Positions 1 to 10,838 of a stretch of DNA of 64,000 nt are shown piece by piece. Position 1 is the first letter of the stretch; every line of letters starts with the position of its first letter. The stretch comes from Longimicrobiales bacterium (GTDB taxonomy: Bacteria; Gemmatimonadota; Gemmatimonadetes; Longimicrobiales; Gaopeijiaceae), in NCBI GenBank assembly GCA_965202985.1, contig CBDBCF010000002.1, positions 384,001 to 448,000 of the forward strand, written 5' to 3'. A program made the position numbers and the translations under genes. The notes beneath the pieces are model-generated. The model worked only from the letters and a program-made list of their open reading frames with translations, searched no databases and was not told the origin of the DNA.

Positions 1-1
1 C

Positions 2-64
2 TTGGACCCCTTCATCGAAGCCTACTTGAAGCGCTTCGGCGGAAGCGGGGAGGCGGCGGCGTGA
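2..64 (+). CDS. prfB: Peptide chain release factor 2, C-terminal end only (partial)
   Basis: Frame reads LDPFIEAYLKRFGGSGEAAA*, matching the typical RF2 tail (DGDLDxFIEAYL). Stop overlaps the lysS start (GTGA). prfB-lysS is a common gene order. Confidence 0.75.
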   Translation: MDPFIEAYLKRFGGSGEAAA

Positions 65-1602
65 CGGCGAAGCCCGCCCCCGCGCCCCGGCCGCGCCGGG
101 CCAGACAGGAGAAGCTGGTTCTGCTCCGGGCCCAGGGCGTCGAGCCCTACGCCTATTCGTATCCCGTCACGAGCCATGCGGCGCCTTCGATAGCCGGCTT
201 CGAGGCCGACGAGGCGTCGGGCAAGCTGGAGGACGGTCGCGGCGAAGCGGGCCGTTGGGCGGGGCGCATGACGGCGTTCCGGTCGCACGGTCGCAGCGCC
301 TTCGCCGACTTGGAAGACCGCACCGGACGGATTCAGGCGCACTTCCGGCAGGACGCGCTGGGCGAGGACGTCTATTCGCTGCTGGACCTTCTCGACCTGG
401 GGGATTGGATCGGCGTGGAGGGACGCCTGTTCCGCACGCGGATGGGCCAAGTCACGGTTGCGGCCGCCGGGCTCGGTCTCCTGTCCAAGTCCGTGCGTCC
501 GTTGCCGCTGGGGAAGGTGCGGGTGGACGCCGCCACGGGAGAGACGTCCACGCACTCGGGCTTCGCAGACCGCGAGGCTCGATATCGGCAACGCTACGCC
601 GACCTGGCCGTCCACTCGGAAGTTCGGGCCGTCTTCCAAGCCCGGAGCAGGATCGTGACCCACGTGCGCCGTTTCCTGGACGACCGGAGCTTCGTCGAAG
701 TGGAGACGCCGGTGCTTCAGCCCCTGTACGGCGGGGCGACCGCTCGTCCGTTCACGACGCGTCACCGCGCGCTGGACCGAACGCTGTACCTGCGGATCGC
801 CGACGAGCTGTATCTGAAGCGGCTGATCGTCGGGGGCATGGACCGGGTTTACGAGATATCGAAGGACTTTCGGAACGAGGGTATCGACCGGTTTCACAAC
901 CCCGAGTTCACCATGCTGGAGTTCTACCAAGCCTTTGCCGACTACGGGGACATGATGGCCATCGTCGAGCAGCTGCTGTCCGGCTTGGCCGAGGCCGTCC
1001 ACGGAGGCCCCAGGGTTTCCTATCAGGGGACGGAGATCGACTTCTCGCCGCCCTTCGAGCGGGTTCCCTTCGTGGACGCGCTGACCGGGGCACTGGAGCG
1101 GGACCCGCTGGACGCGCCGTTGTCGGAGCTTCGCGCGTCGGCCGAAGCGTTGGGCGCCGAGGAGTTGAAGGGAGCCGGCCGGGGGAAGCTGATGGACAGC
1201 TTGTTCGGGTCGCTGGTGCAGCCGCGGCTGGTGCAGCCCACCTTCGTGATCGACCATCCGCGGGAGCTGAGCCCGTTGGCCAAGGCGAAGCGGGGCGCGC
1301 CGGAGCTGTCCGAGCGCTTCGAGCTGGTCGTGGCGGGCCAGGAGATCGCCAACGCATTCAGCGAGCTTAACGATCCGGCCGCCCAGCGCGCGCGCTTCGA
1401 GGATCAGGCGGCGCTGCGAGCGGCGGGCGACGAGGAGGCCCAGCAGGTGGACGAGGACTACATCCGGGCCCTGGAGTACGGCTTGCCGCCGACGGGCGGC
1501 ACGGGGATCGGCATCGACCGCTTGGTCATGCTGCTCACCGACCAGCCGTCGATACGCGACGTGATCCTGTTTCCCACGCTGCGCGCCGCCGAGGCCGAGT
1601 GA
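61..1602 (+). CDS. lysS: Lysine--tRNA ligase (class II)
   Basis: YRQRYADL, FVEVETPVLQ, GGATARPF, FRNEGID, HNPEFTMLEFY, YGLPPTGGTGIGIDRL motifs. Confidence 0.98.
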   Translation: MTAKPAPAPRPRRARQEKLVLLRAQGVEPYAYSYPVTSHAAPSIAGFEADEASGKLEDGRGEAGRWAGRMTAFRSHGRSAFADLEDRTGRIQAHFRQDALGEDVYSLLDLLDLGDWIGVEGRLFRTRMGQVTVAAAGLGLLSKSVRPLPLGKVRVDAATGETSTHSGFADREARYRQRYADLAVHSEVRAVFQARSRIVTHVRRFLDDRSFVEVETPVLQPLYGGATARPFTTRHRALDRTLYLRIADELYLKRLIVGGMDRVYEISKDFRNEGIDRFHNPEFTMLEFYQAFADYGDMMAIVEQLLSGLAEAVHGGPRVSYQGTEIDFSPPFERVPFVDALTGALERDPLDAPLSELRASAEALGAEELKGAGRGKLMDSLFGSLVQPRLVQPTFVIDHPRELSPLAKAKRGAPELSERFELVVAGQEIANAFSELNDPAAQRARFEDQAALRAAGDEEAQQVDEDYIRALEYGLPPTGGTGIGIDRLVMLLTDQPSIRDVILFPTLRAAEAE

Positions 1603-2885
1603 AGTCGCGCACGCGCTTGGCGTGGTTCCTGGCCCGCAGGTACCTGGGTGCGTCGCGTCGGGGAGGGCGGCTGCTCTCGTTCATCACGTGGGTCTCGCTG
1701 GGCGGCGTCGTCGTGGGCGTCACGGCGCTGATCCTGGTGATCGGCGTAATGACGGGCATGCAGAACGAGCTCCGGGAGAAGATCCTCGGGTCCACCCCGC
1801 ACGTGCTGGTTCGGCAGACGGGCCCGTCGCTGCGCATTGAGGACTGGCCGGCGGTGGTGGAGCAGGTGGAGCGGACGGAGGGGGTGGTCGCGGCATCGCC
1901 CGTGGCGCTGACCCGAGTGGCGCTGCACCGGGAGGGCTATACGGAGGTCATCTACCTCTACGGCGTGGACCTGGGGGGCGCGGCCGAGGACCCCGCCGCG
2001 GCGGACGTCCGAGCCGCTCCCACCCCGCTGGAGGACAGCCTCCGGTCGGGCCGCGTGTCTCTGCGCCGAGAACCGGGCGGGCTGGTTCCCGTGGTGCTGG
2101 GCAGCGGCGTGGCCGGGCGCATGAACCTCTTTGCGGGCGACACGGTGACGGTCGTGGGGCTGGAGAGCTTCAAGCTGGGGCCCTTCGGCGAGCCGACCAC
2201 GCCGATGTTCGCCTGGGTGGTGTCCGACGTCTTCTCCACCGGCATGCACGACTACGACTTCCGCAACGGCTACGCCGCCTTGGCCGACGTGCAGGCTTTG
2301 CTGGACATGGAGCCCCGCACGGCGTCGTTCGTGGGCGCGCGCACGTCAGATCCCTGGAACGCCGGCGCCGTGGCCGAGTCCGTCCAAGACGCCCTGGGCG
2401 GCTGGCCCTACGCGGTGGACCCGTGGACCCGAACCAACAGCCAGCTCTTTTCGGCCTTGAAGCTGGAGAAGCTCGCCATGGGGGTGATCTTGTCCCTCAT
2501 CGTCTTGGTGGCGGCGTTCAACATCGTGAGCACGCTGGTCATGGTCGTGGTCAACCGGACCCGCGAGATCGGCATCCTCAAGGCGATGGGCCTGACCCGG
2601 AAGGACACGCTCCGGACGTTCGTGCTCCAAGGGCTGTGGATCGGAGCCGTGGGGACGGCGGCGGGGACGGTGCTCGGGCTGGTCGCGGCGTACCTGGTGG
2701 AGCGCTACCAGCTGATCCCCATTCCGGCGGACATCTACTTCGTGGACAGGCTGCCCGTTGCGCTGTCGCCCTGGGACGTGGCGTGGATCGTCGGCGTGAG
2801 CCTCCTGGTCTCGCTGGCCGCCACGATCTACCCGGCCCGCCAAGCCTCGGCGCTGCAGCCCGTCGAGGCCATTCGCCATGCATGA
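1599..2885 (+). CDS. lolC: Lipoprotein-releasing ABC transporter permease (LolC/LolE family)
   Basis: N-terminal TM (GVVVGVTALILVIGVMTG), LFSALKLEK, AAFNIVSTLVMVV, REIGILKAMG, IYFVDRLPV, C-terminal PVEAIRH. Confidence 0.93.
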   Translation: MKSRTRLAWFLARRYLGASRRGGRLLSFITWVSLGGVVVGVTALILVIGVMTGMQNELREKILGSTPHVLVRQTGPSLRIEDWPAVVEQVERTEGVVAASPVALTRVALHREGYTEVIYLYGVDLGGAAEDPAAADVRAAPTPLEDSLRSGRVSLRREPGGLVPVVLGSGVAGRMNLFAGDTVTVVGLESFKLGPFGEPTTPMFAWVVSDVFSTGMHDYDFRNGYAALADVQALLDMEPRTASFVGARTSDPWNAGAVAESVQDALGGWPYAVDPWTRTNSQLFSALKLEKLAMGVILSLIVLVAAFNIVSTLVMVVVNRTREIGILKAMGLTRKDTLRTFVLQGLWIGAVGTAAGTVLGLVAAYLVERYQLIPIPADIYFVDRLPVALSPWDVAWIVGVSLLVSLAATIYPARQASALQPVEAIRHA

Positions 2886-3588
2886 GCTCCCGGACGAAGA
2901 AGCGCAGCTTGCGCCGCCTGTTCGAGCGGCCGGGCTGCACCGTTCGTACGCCGGGGTGGGCGGACCGGACCTCCACGTGCTGCGGGGAGTCGACCTTGTC
3001 GTGTCGCGGGCGGAGGCGGTCGCGATCGTCGGCGCGAGCGGGTCCGGCAAGTCCACCCTTCTCCACCTGCTTGGCGCTCTGGACCGGCCCACCGCGGGAT
3101 CGACGGCGATCGGAGGGACGGACACCGGCAAGCTGCGGGACGAGGAGGCGGCCGAGCTTCGCAACCGACGGGTCGGCTTCGTGTTCCAGTTTCACCACCT
3201 GCTGCGGGAGTTCACGGCCCTGGAGAACGTCATGATGCCCGCTCTGATCGCGGGACGGAACGAGCGCGACGCGCGGGGAGGCGCGACCACGCTCCTGCGC
3301 CAAGCGGGTCTCGAGGCGCGGCTGGACCACAAGCCGGACCAGCTGTCGGGAGGCGAGCAGCAACGGGTCGCCGTGGCGCGGGCGCTGGTGAACCAGCCCC
3401 TTGTGGTCCTGGCCGACGAGCCCACGGGCAACTTGGACCCGCGAACCAGCGAGGGCGTGCAGGACGCCCTGTTCGCGCTGCGGGAGCGTCACGGGGTTGC
3501 GCTGGTCGTGGCGACGCACAACCGTGAACTGGCGTCTCGGGCCGAAAGGGTCATGGGGCTTGAAGAGGGGGTGCTCGAGGATGCCTGA
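2878..3588 (+). CDS. lolD: Lipoprotein-releasing ABC transporter ATPase
   Basis: [21 protein letters not shown] (LolD motif), [18 protein letters not shown]. Confidence 0.95.
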   Translation: MHELPDEEAQLAPPVRAAGLHRSYAGVGGPDLHVLRGVDLVVSRAEAVAIVGASGSGKSTLLHLLGALDRPTAGSTAIGGTDTGKLRDEEAAELRNRRVGFVFQFHHLLREFTALENVMMPALIAGRNERDARGGATTLLRQAGLEARLDHKPDQLSGGEQQRVAVARALVNQPLVVLADEPTGNLDPRTSEGVQDALFALRERHGVALVVATHNRELASRAERVMGLEEGVLEDA

Positions 3589-4072
3589 GCCGGGCAGGGT
3601 CTGCGACGGCGAGAACTGCGAAAAGACGGCCGTTGTGCACGTCAAGCAGATCGTCGGCGGCGAGGAGTCGGACCATCACTACTGCCGAGCCTGCGCCCAG
3701 AAGAAGGGAATCGACCCCAAGGGCGGGGGAGATGTCGCGGCGTTGCTGGCCCAGCTGGGAGAGGCGGCCGCCCCGCCGGAACCGTGCTCGTTCTGCGGGC
3801 TGACCTGGAAGAAGTTCCGGCGTCGCGGGCGGCTGGGCTGCCCCGAGTGCTACGCGGCCTTCGAGCCCAACCTGCGCAGAGTGCTCCAGCGCGTGCACGG
3901 GGCCGCGCAGCACGCCGGCAAGGTGTACCTGCCTCCCGATCCTGCCGGCGCGGACGTGGATCGGCGCATCGGTTCGCTCCGGCGACGCCTTCAGCGGGCG
4001 GTGGAGGCGGAGGACTTCGAGAGGGCGGCCCAGCTGCGGGACCGCATCCTGGAGATGGAGCCCGCCGAGTAG
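3581..4072 (+). CDS. mcsA: Protein-arginine kinase activator (CXXC motifs + UVR domain)
   Basis: CRAC, CSFC, GRLGCPECYAAF, HAGKVY, C-terminal EDFERAAQLRDRI. Lies upstream of mcsB-clpC. ATG at 3581 follows a GAGG motif. Confidence 0.92.
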   Translation: MPEPGRVCDGENCEKTAVVHVKQIVGGEESDHHYCRACAQKKGIDPKGGGDVAALLAQLGEAAAPPEPCSFCGLTWKKFRRRGRLGCPECYAAFEPNLRRVLQRVHGAAQHAGKVYLPPDPAGADVDRRIGSLRRRLQRAVEAEDFERAAQLRDRILEMEPAE

Positions 4073-4078
4073 CCTTTC

Positions 4079-5194
4079 ATGGACGACCTGCAGACGATAT
4101 CGGACTTCGGGCTGGGATGGCTGGACGGGGCCGGGCCCGACGCCGACGTCGTGATCTCCACCCGTGTCCGGCTGGCCCGCAACCTGCAGGGGCGGCCGTA
4201 CGTGTCCCGCGCCGGACGCGAAGATCGAGAGGCGGTGCTGGCGGCCGTGGCCCGCGTGGTGCGGCAGGACTCGCTGCCCAGGGAAGCCGTGTTCGCGTCC
4301 ATGGAGGAGATCGGCCGGCCGGCGGGTCGCATCTTGCTGGAGCGGCGCTTGGTGTCGCAAGAGCTGCTGGGGGGAAGCGGGGCGCGCCCGCCCGCCGGGG
4401 CCGCCGTCGCCGTGTCTTCGCTGGACCCGGTGAGCGTGATGGTCAACGAGGAGGACCACCTGCGCATGCAGTGCCTGGTGTCGGGGTTGCGCCTAGCGGA
4501 CGCCTGGGAGCTGGTGGACGACCTGGACGACCAAATCGGCGAGCGTCTTCCCTTGGCGTACCACCACGAGTTCGGGTACCTGACGGCTTGTCCCACCAAC
4601 GCGGGGACGGGCCTTCGTGCGTCGGCGCTGGTGCACTTGCCGGGGCTGGCGGCGACCAAGGAATTGAAGCCAGTGTTGCGCGGCATCGTGGAGTGCGGCC
4701 TGACGTTCCGGGGCTTTCACGGCGAGGGCTCCGGGGTCTTGGGCAACTTCGTGCAGATCTCCAATCAGACCACGCTGGGAAGGAGCGAAGCGGACCTCCT
4801 GGACCACCTCGGCCAGCTCGTCGAGACGCTGATCCGCAAGGAGCGCAACGCCCGGGAGGTCCTGGTGCGCGACGCCCGCACCGTCATCGAGGACCTGGTG
4901 TGGCGGGCCTACGGGGTCCTGAGGTACGCGCGAACTTTGAGCAGCGAGGAACTGGTGAACCACTTGGCGGGCGTTCGCCTGGGGGTGTTGCTGAAACTTC
5001 TTCCGGCCCCGTCGGTATACACATTGAACAAGCTCATGATCTTCTCGCAGGCGGCCCACCTGGACCAGGCTGCGGGCAGGGAGCTGTCCGCGCCGGAACG
5101 CCACGAGCATCGGGCCGAGTACGTTCGGCGCGCCGTGGAGAGCGAAGGCGGGCTGGGAGAAAAACGCACAGGCACTTCCGATTCGGGCGCATGA
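4079..5194 (+). CDS. mcsB: Protein arginine kinase
   Basis: STRVRLARNL, MVNEEDHLR, GYLTACPTNAGTGLRAS, QISNQTTLG. Confidence 0.95.
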   Translation: MDDLQTISDFGLGWLDGAGPDADVVISTRVRLARNLQGRPYVSRAGREDREAVLAAVARVVRQDSLPREAVFASMEEIGRPAGRILLERRLVSQELLGGSGARPPAGAAVAVSSLDPVSVMVNEEDHLRMQCLVSGLRLADAWELVDDLDDQIGERLPLAYHHEFGYLTACPTNAGTGLRASALVHLPGLAATKELKPVLRGIVECGLTFRGFHGEGSGVLGNFVQISNQTTLGRSEADLLDHLGQLVETLIRKERNAREVLVRDARTVIEDLVWRAYGVLRYARTLSSEELVNHLAGVRLGVLLKLLPAPSVYTLNKLMIFSQAAHLDQAAGRELSAPERHEHRAEYVRRAVESEGGLGEKRTGTSDSGA

Positions 5195-5210
5195 TGGCGA
5201 ATATTCGAAC

Positions 5211-7694
5211 ATGAACTACAACTTCACCGAGCGGGTGCGCAAAGTGCTGTCGATGGCCCGGCAGCAAGCGACCCGCTTGCAGCACGACTACGTGGGAACC
5301 GAGCACATCCTCTTGGGCTTGGTCGGCGACAGCGAGAGCGTGGCCGCCAACGTGCTCGAGAGCTTGGACGTGGAGATCGGGCGGATCCACGAGCGGGTCG
5401 AGGGCGCCGTGCGGAAGGGAAAGGCCACGATCGCGTTGGGAGAGCTTCCGTACACGTCGCCGGCCAAGAAGGTCCTGGAGTTCGCGGTCGCAGAGGCCCG
5501 GGAGCTTAACCACTCCTACGTGGGCACGGAGCACCTGCTCCTGGGACTCCTGCGCGAGAGCAAGGGCATCGCGGCCCAAGTTCTCAACGGCTTGGGCGTT
5601 ACGATCGAGGATGCGCGGGCCGCGACGCTGAACATCCTGGGCTCGGAGATCGGGGCCGCGACGAGCGGCGTGACCGAGGGCGGCGCCGGAGCGGGCGGGC
5701 CGAGGGCGTCCACCGGCGGCCGAAAGTCGAAGACGCCGGCGCTGGACCACTTCTGCCGCGATCTGACCGACCTGGCCCGCAGAGGCGAACTGGACCCGAT
5801 CATCGGGCGCGAGGAGGAGATCGAGCGGGTCGTGGAGATCTTGTGCCGTCGCAAGAAGAACAACCCGGTGCTCATCGGCGAACCCGGCGTGGGAAAGACG
5901 GCCGTGGTCGAAGGGCTGTCCCAGCTGGTAGCGCGGGGAGAGGTGACCGACGTCCTTCGGGACCACCGCGTGCTGGCGTTGGACATGGCCGCCGTCGTGG
6001 CCGGCACGAAGTACCGGGGCCAGTTCGAAGAGCGCCTCAAGGTGGTGACGAGCGAGATCGCCAAGAACCGCAACGTGGTTCTGTTCATCGACGAGCTTCA
6101 TACGCTGGTTGGCGCCGGGGCGGCCGAAGGCGCGATCGACGCCTCCAACATGCTCAAGCCCGCCCTTGCCCGCGGCGAACTGCGGTGCATCGGCGCTTCG
6201 ACGCTGAACGAGTACCGCAAGTACGTGGAGAAGGACGGGGCGCTGGAGCGGCGCTTCCAGCCCGTGATCGTCGAGCCGCCCAGCGTGGAGGACACCGTGG
6301 AGATCCTCAGAGGACTGAAGCGCCAGTACGAGGACCACCACGAGGTCGAGATCCCCGAGGAGACGCTGACGCAGGCCTCGCAGCTGGCCGACCGCTACAT
6401 CACGGATCGGTTCCTTCCCGACAAGGCCATCGACGTGATCGACGAAGCCGGCGCAAGGGTCCGGATCGCCAGCCGGACGGCCCCGCCCCAGGTGGACGAG
6501 CTGACGGCGGCGCTGGCGGCGCTCGCGACGCGCAAGGAGGACGCGATCCGCGGTCAGGACTTCGAGGGCGCGGCCCAACTGCGCGACGAGGAGCGGGAGC
6601 TTCAGCAGCGGATCCGGGACGAGAAGACGGCGTGGGAAGAGGAGCGGCAGCGCGTCCGCCCCAAGATGACCGTGGAGGACGTGTCGTTCGTGGTGAGCCG
6701 GTGGACGGGCGTCCCGCTCACGCGGCTTCGCGAAGCCGAGACGGAGCGGCTGGTGAACATGGAAGCCGAGCTCCACAAGCGGATCGTGGGCCAGGACCAC
6801 GCCATCGCCGCGGTCTCCAAGGCGATCCGGCGGGGCCGCGCGGGGTTGAAGGACCCCGACCGGCCCATCGGCTCGTTCATCTTTTCGGGACCGACGGGCG
6901 TGGGGAAGACCGAGCTCGCCCGCACCCTGGCGGAGTTCCTGTTCGCGGACGACGAGGCCCTGGTTCGCGTGGACATGAGCGAATACATGGAGAAGTTCTC
7001 GGTCTCGCGGCTCATCGGCGCGCCGCCCGGCTACGTGGGCTACCAGGACTCCGGCGCCCTGACCAAGGCGATCCGGCGCCGGCCCTATTCCGTAGTGCTG
7101 TTCGACGAGATCGAGAAGGCCCACCCGGACGTCTTCAACATCCTGCTCCAAGTGTTGGACGAGGGCCGCCTGACCGACAACTACGGTCGGGTCGTGGACT
7201 TCCGGAACACCGTTCTGATCATGACCTCGAACTTGGGGGCCCGGGACATCTCCAAGGGAGGGCTGGGCTTCCGGGCGTCGGAGCCGGGGTCCGACTACGA
7301 GTTCATGCGGGACAAGGTGGCTCAGGAGATCGAGCGCGCCTTCAACCCCGAGTTCCTGAACCGAGTGGACGACACGATCGTCTTTCATCCGCTGGGCCGT
7401 GCCGAGATCGGCCGGATCGTTCACGTCCTGCTGGACGACGTGATCGCTCGCCTCGGGCGCGACGGCATGTCGCTGGCGCTCACGGATGCCGCCGTCGACT
7501 TCCTGGTCGAGCGCGGCTACGACGAGAAGTTCGGCGCCCGCCCCCTTAAGCGCGCGATCCGGCAGCACCTGGAAGACCCGCTGTCCGAGAAGATCCTCTT
7601 GGCCGAGTTCCGGAAGGGCGACGAAATCGAGGTGGACGCGGCGCCCGAAGCCGACGCGCTCTCCTTTGGAGCGGCGGCGCCGGCGCCCGGTTGA
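5211..7694 (+). CDS. clpC: ATP-dependent Clp protease ATP-binding subunit ClpC
   Basis: Two Clp-N repeats ([18 protein letters not shown]), two AAA modules ([16 protein letters not shown]), UVR middle domain, GLGF ClpP-binding loop. Confidence 0.96.
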   Translation: MNYNFTERVRKVLSMARQQATRLQHDYVGTEHILLGLVGDSESVAANVLESLDVEIGRIHERVEGAVRKGKATIALGELPYTSPAKKVLEFAVAEARELNHSYVGTEHLLLGLLRESKGIAAQVLNGLGVTIEDARAATLNILGSEIGAATSGVTEGGAGAGGPRASTGGRKSKTPALDHFCRDLTDLARRGELDPIIGREEEIERVVEILCRRKKNNPVLIGEPGVGKTAVVEGLSQLVARGEVTDVLRDHRVLALDMAAVVAGTKYRGQFEERLKVVTSEIAKNRNVVLFIDELHTLVGAGAAEGAIDASNMLKPALARGELRCIGASTLNEYRKYVEKDGALERRFQPVIVEPPSVEDTVEILRGLKRQYEDHHEVEIPEETLTQASQLADRYITDRFLPDKAIDVIDEAGARVRIASRTAPPQVDELTAALAALATRKEDAIRGQDFEGAAQLRDEERELQQRIRDEKTAWEEERQRVRPKMTVEDVSFVVSRWTGVPLTRLREAETERLVNMEAELHKRIVGQDHAIAAVSKAIRRGRAGLKDPDRPIGSFIFSGPTGVGKTELARTLAEFLFADDEALVRVDMSEYMEKFSVSRLIGAPPGYVGYQDSGALTKAIRRRPYSVVLFDEIEKAHPDVFNILLQVLDEGRLTDNYGRVVDFRNTVLIMTSNLGARDISKGGLGFRASEPGSDYEFMRDKVAQEIERAFNPEFLNRVDDTIVFHPLGRAEIGRIVHVLLDDVIARLGRDGMSLALTDAAVDFLVERGYDEKFGARPLKRAIRQHLEDPLSEKILLAEFRKGDEIEVDAAPEADALSFGAAAPAPG

Positions 7695-10135
7695 TGGACC
7701 AACGTGGGGCGGGGCCGGCCGGCCGGCTGGCGGTGGCGGCGCTGTCGGTGGCGATCGCAGGCGCGCTGGGCGGAAGGCCCGGCGGGCTGGCGGCGCAGGC
7801 GGCCGGAGGCGACCCCCTGGTCAGGATCGACTCGGTCGTGGTTCGGGGCGCGGTCCGCTTGGCCGGCGAGGACGTGGCGGGCGTCGCCGGGCTGCTGCCG
7901 GGAACGCTCGCGAGCTGGAGCGACGTTCAGCGCGCCATCAAGAACCTCTGGGCCACGGGCCAGTACGAAGACGTCGAGGCGAAGGTGGACGAGTCCTCCG
8001 GACGCAACGTGCTGATCCTGGAAGTGGAGGAGCGGGACCTGACCCGGCTGGTTCGAATCACGGGCCTGGAGTCGCTTTCCGAGAGCGACGTGGTGGACGA
8101 GGCGGGGTTGGAGGAGAACTCTCCCCTGTCGCGGAACGCGATGGCCCGGGCCCGCAGCTACATCCGCGAGGAGCTGCGTCGCCGCGGGGTTCCCTTTGCC
8201 CGCATCGACGAGCGCTTGCAGCCGGTGCCCGGCGAAGAGGGCAGGGTGGACGTGGTCCTGGACGTGAACGAGGGACAGCGGGTCACGATTGCGAACGTGG
8301 TGTTCAACGGCAACGAGCGGTTCTCGGACGCCGATCTGCGCGGCGCCATGAACACCAAGCCCGAAGGGTTTCTCTGGTTCCGAGCAGGCGAATACGACGA
8401 CATCGACTTCGAGCTGGACCTGCTGGAGTCCCTTCCCGACAACTACCGCAAGGCGGGCTACCTGGACTTTCAGGTCCTGGGCGACACGCTGATCGTGGAC
8501 CCGACCACCGGCAAGGCCCGCATCGAGATCGACGTGGAGGAAGGCGCGCAGTACCGTCTGGCCGACTTCCGGATCGAGGGGAACAGCGCCTTCGAGACCG
8601 AGCAGCTCGAGGCCTATTTCGATGACGACTCCGGGGGTATCCTGTCCGTGCTTGGGCTTGGCGGGGACGGCGGGGAAGGGGACGGGGCGGGAAGGATCTT
8701 CGACGTGGCCGCCTTCGAGGACGCGGCCCAACGGGTGCGCGAGATGTACGGCGACGAGGGCTACCTGTACGCGCAGGTGGAGCCCTTCTGGGAGAGAACG
8801 GGGACCGAGGCCGGGGGCAGCCCGACGGTCCGCGCCGGCTGGCGGATCCAAGAGGCCGCGCGAGCGTACGTCAACCGCATCGTGATCGAGGGCAACGACT
8901 TCACCTACGACCGGATCATCCGCGAGAAGATCTTCCTCCTGCCCGGCGACGTCTACAGCCAGGCCCGCCTGCTGCAGTCCTACCAGAACATTCAGTCGCT
9001 TGGGTTCTTCGAGGCGCCGATGCCGACGCCCGAGATCCGTCCGCTGGACTCGGGCGACGTGGACATCGTCTTCAAGGTGGCGGAGAAGAACACCGGGTCG
9101 GTGCAGTTCGGCACGGCGATGGGCGGGGGCGTCGGCCTTTCGGGCTTCCTGGGCTACGACCAGCCCAATCTGTTCGGGCAAGCCAAGGCGGGGAACGTCC
9201 GCTGGGACTTCGGTCGATGGATCAACAGCTTCACCTTGGGCGTCAGCGATCCCGCCCTCTTCCAGTCCACCGTGAGCGGCTCCTTGTCGCTCTTCAACTC
9301 CACCGACCGGTTCTTCCAGTTCGCCACCGGCCGGAGACGACGCGCCGGGTTCACGACCCGATTCGGAGTGCCCTTCCCGGGCTCGCTGCGCACGCGGATC
9401 TTCTTCGGCTACTCGCTGTCCCGGACCAGCTACGAACTCTTCCGCAACGTGGACGACCAGTCCCTCTTCGGATTGCCCCCCGGCACCTTGAGCTCGTTCT
9501 CGCTGGGCGTGACCCGTCGCACCTTGAACCACCCGCTCTTTCCCACGGACGGGTCCACGCAGACCTGGAACGCCGAGTTGAACGGCGGACCGCTCGGCGG
9601 CGCGGGCAACTTCGTGAAGCACATGGTGGAAGCCCAGTGGATGATCCCGCTGGGCGGCCTGGGCGGGGACGGCCAGACCCCCGGCGGCGTCCAGTTCGCG
9701 ATGGGGGTCGGTGTTCGCGGCGGCGCACTGTTCGGCGACGCATCCCGCTTTCCGTTCGAGTCGTTCTGGATGGGCGGCGTGCAGTTCGGCGAGTCGTTGC
9801 GCGGGTACGACGAGACCTCGATCACGCCTCGCGGCTACTTCCCGGAGCGCGGCAGGGGGATCGCGCAGGTCGACCGGCTGGGAGACGCCTACTTCTCTTC
9901 CACGGCCGAGCTGAAGGCCGTGATCAACTCCAATATCGGCATCTCGGCGTTCTTCGACGCGGGCAACCTGTGGGAGGACCCGGGTCATCTCAACACGTCC
10001 AGGTTGTACCGGGGCGCCGGCTTCGGGGTGCAGCTGGTGACCCCGTTCGGGCCGATCGGTCTGGACTACGCCTACGGGTTCGACAAGACCGATCCCGGCT
10101 GGCAGCTGCACTTCAAGATGGGACCGAACTTCTAG
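7694..10135 (+). CDS. bamA: Outer membrane protein assembly factor BamA
   Basis: Signal peptide, POTRA repeats, SLRGY loop-6 motif, TPFGPIGLDYAYG, terminal Phe. Confidence 0.95.
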   Translation: MDQRGAGPAGRLAVAALSVAIAGALGGRPGGLAAQAAGGDPLVRIDSVVVRGAVRLAGEDVAGVAGLLPGTLASWSDVQRAIKNLWATGQYEDVEAKVDESSGRNVLILEVEERDLTRLVRITGLESLSESDVVDEAGLEENSPLSRNAMARARSYIREELRRRGVPFARIDERLQPVPGEEGRVDVVLDVNEGQRVTIANVVFNGNERFSDADLRGAMNTKPEGFLWFRAGEYDDIDFELDLLESLPDNYRKAGYLDFQVLGDTLIVDPTTGKARIEIDVEEGAQYRLADFRIEGNSAFETEQLEAYFDDDSGGILSVLGLGGDGGEGDGAGRIFDVAAFEDAAQRVREMYGDEGYLYAQVEPFWERTGTEAGGSPTVRAGWRIQEAARAYVNRIVIEGNDFTYDRIIREKIFLLPGDVYSQARLLQSYQNIQSLGFFEAPMPTPEIRPLDSGDVDIVFKVAEKNTGSVQFGTAMGGGVGLSGFLGYDQPNLFGQAKAGNVRWDFGRWINSFTLGVSDPALFQSTVSGSLSLFNSTDRFFQFATGRRRRAGFTTRFGVPFPGSLRTRIFFGYSLSRTSYELFRNVDDQSLFGLPPGTLSSFSLGVTRRTLNHPLFPTDGSTQTWNAELNGGPLGGAGNFVKHMVEAQWMIPLGGLGGDGQTPGGVQFAMGVGVRGGALFGDASRFPFESFWMGGVQFGESLRGYDETSITPRGYFPERGRGIAQVDRLGDAYFSSTAELKAVINSNIGISAFFDAGNLWEDPGHLNTSRLYRGAGFGVQLVTPFGPIGLDYAYGFDKTDPGWQLHFKMGPNF

Positions 10136-10219
10136 ATGCGGACGACGAATGTATCTTTCCTTGCCGCCGATGCGTCTTCGCGGCGGCCTCGAAGCCGATT
10201 CGACCGGAGAAAAACGACC

Positions 10220-10798
10220 ATGCCCGCTTCGCGCTTGCGCGCCGCCTTCTTCCTCGCCCTTGCCGTGGCGGCCGGCGCCGCCGTTTCCGCAGAGGCCCAA
10301 CCGACCAAGGTGGGCTGGGTGGACACCGGGGTCATCCTGAGCCAGTACCCCAGGGCGCAGGAGGCCCAGAGGTCGCTGGAAGCCACCCTGCAGGGCTTCA
10401 TGGCCGAGCTTCAGCAGCTGGGCACCGACATGCAGTCCACGCTGGAGGAGTACGACCAGCAGCGCATGACCATGACGCCGGAGAACCGAAGGGCCAAGGA
10501 GGAGGAGATCACGACCCGGCAGCAGGCGATCGAGCAGCGGCGCCAGGAGCTGGACAATCAGGCTCAGCAGAGACGGGCAGAGGTGTTCCAGCCGGTCATG
10601 GAGTCGATCACCGCGGTCATCGAGGAGATTCGGGTCGAGGGCAACTACGCCATGATCTTGGACGCGGCGTCGCAGGCCATCCTCTCGGCCGATCCGTCGT
10701 TGGAGCTGACCCAGGAAGTCCTCAACCGCTTGCAGGCGGCGACGGGCTCGGGAGCGACGGGAGCTCCTGGAGCGCCGGACGGATCTTCCGGGAGGTGA
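10220..10798 (+). CDS. skp: Periplasmic chaperone Skp/OmpH
   Basis: Signal peptide, KVGWVD, long coiled coil, YAMILD...ELTQEVL. Lies between bamA and lpxD. ATG at 10220 follows GGAG. Confidence 0.92.
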   Translation: MPASRLRAAFFLALAVAAGAAVSAEAQPTKVGWVDTGVILSQYPRAQEAQRSLEATLQGFMAELQQLGTDMQSTLEEYDQQRMTMTPENRRAKEEEITTRQQAIEQRRQELDNQAQQRRAEVFQPVMESITAVIEEIRVEGNYAMILDAASQAILSADPSLELTQEVLNRLQAATGSGATGAPGAPDGSSGR

Positions 10799-10838
10799 CG
10801 AGGAGCCGCACCGGCCGACGGATCCGGCGACAGCGCGC

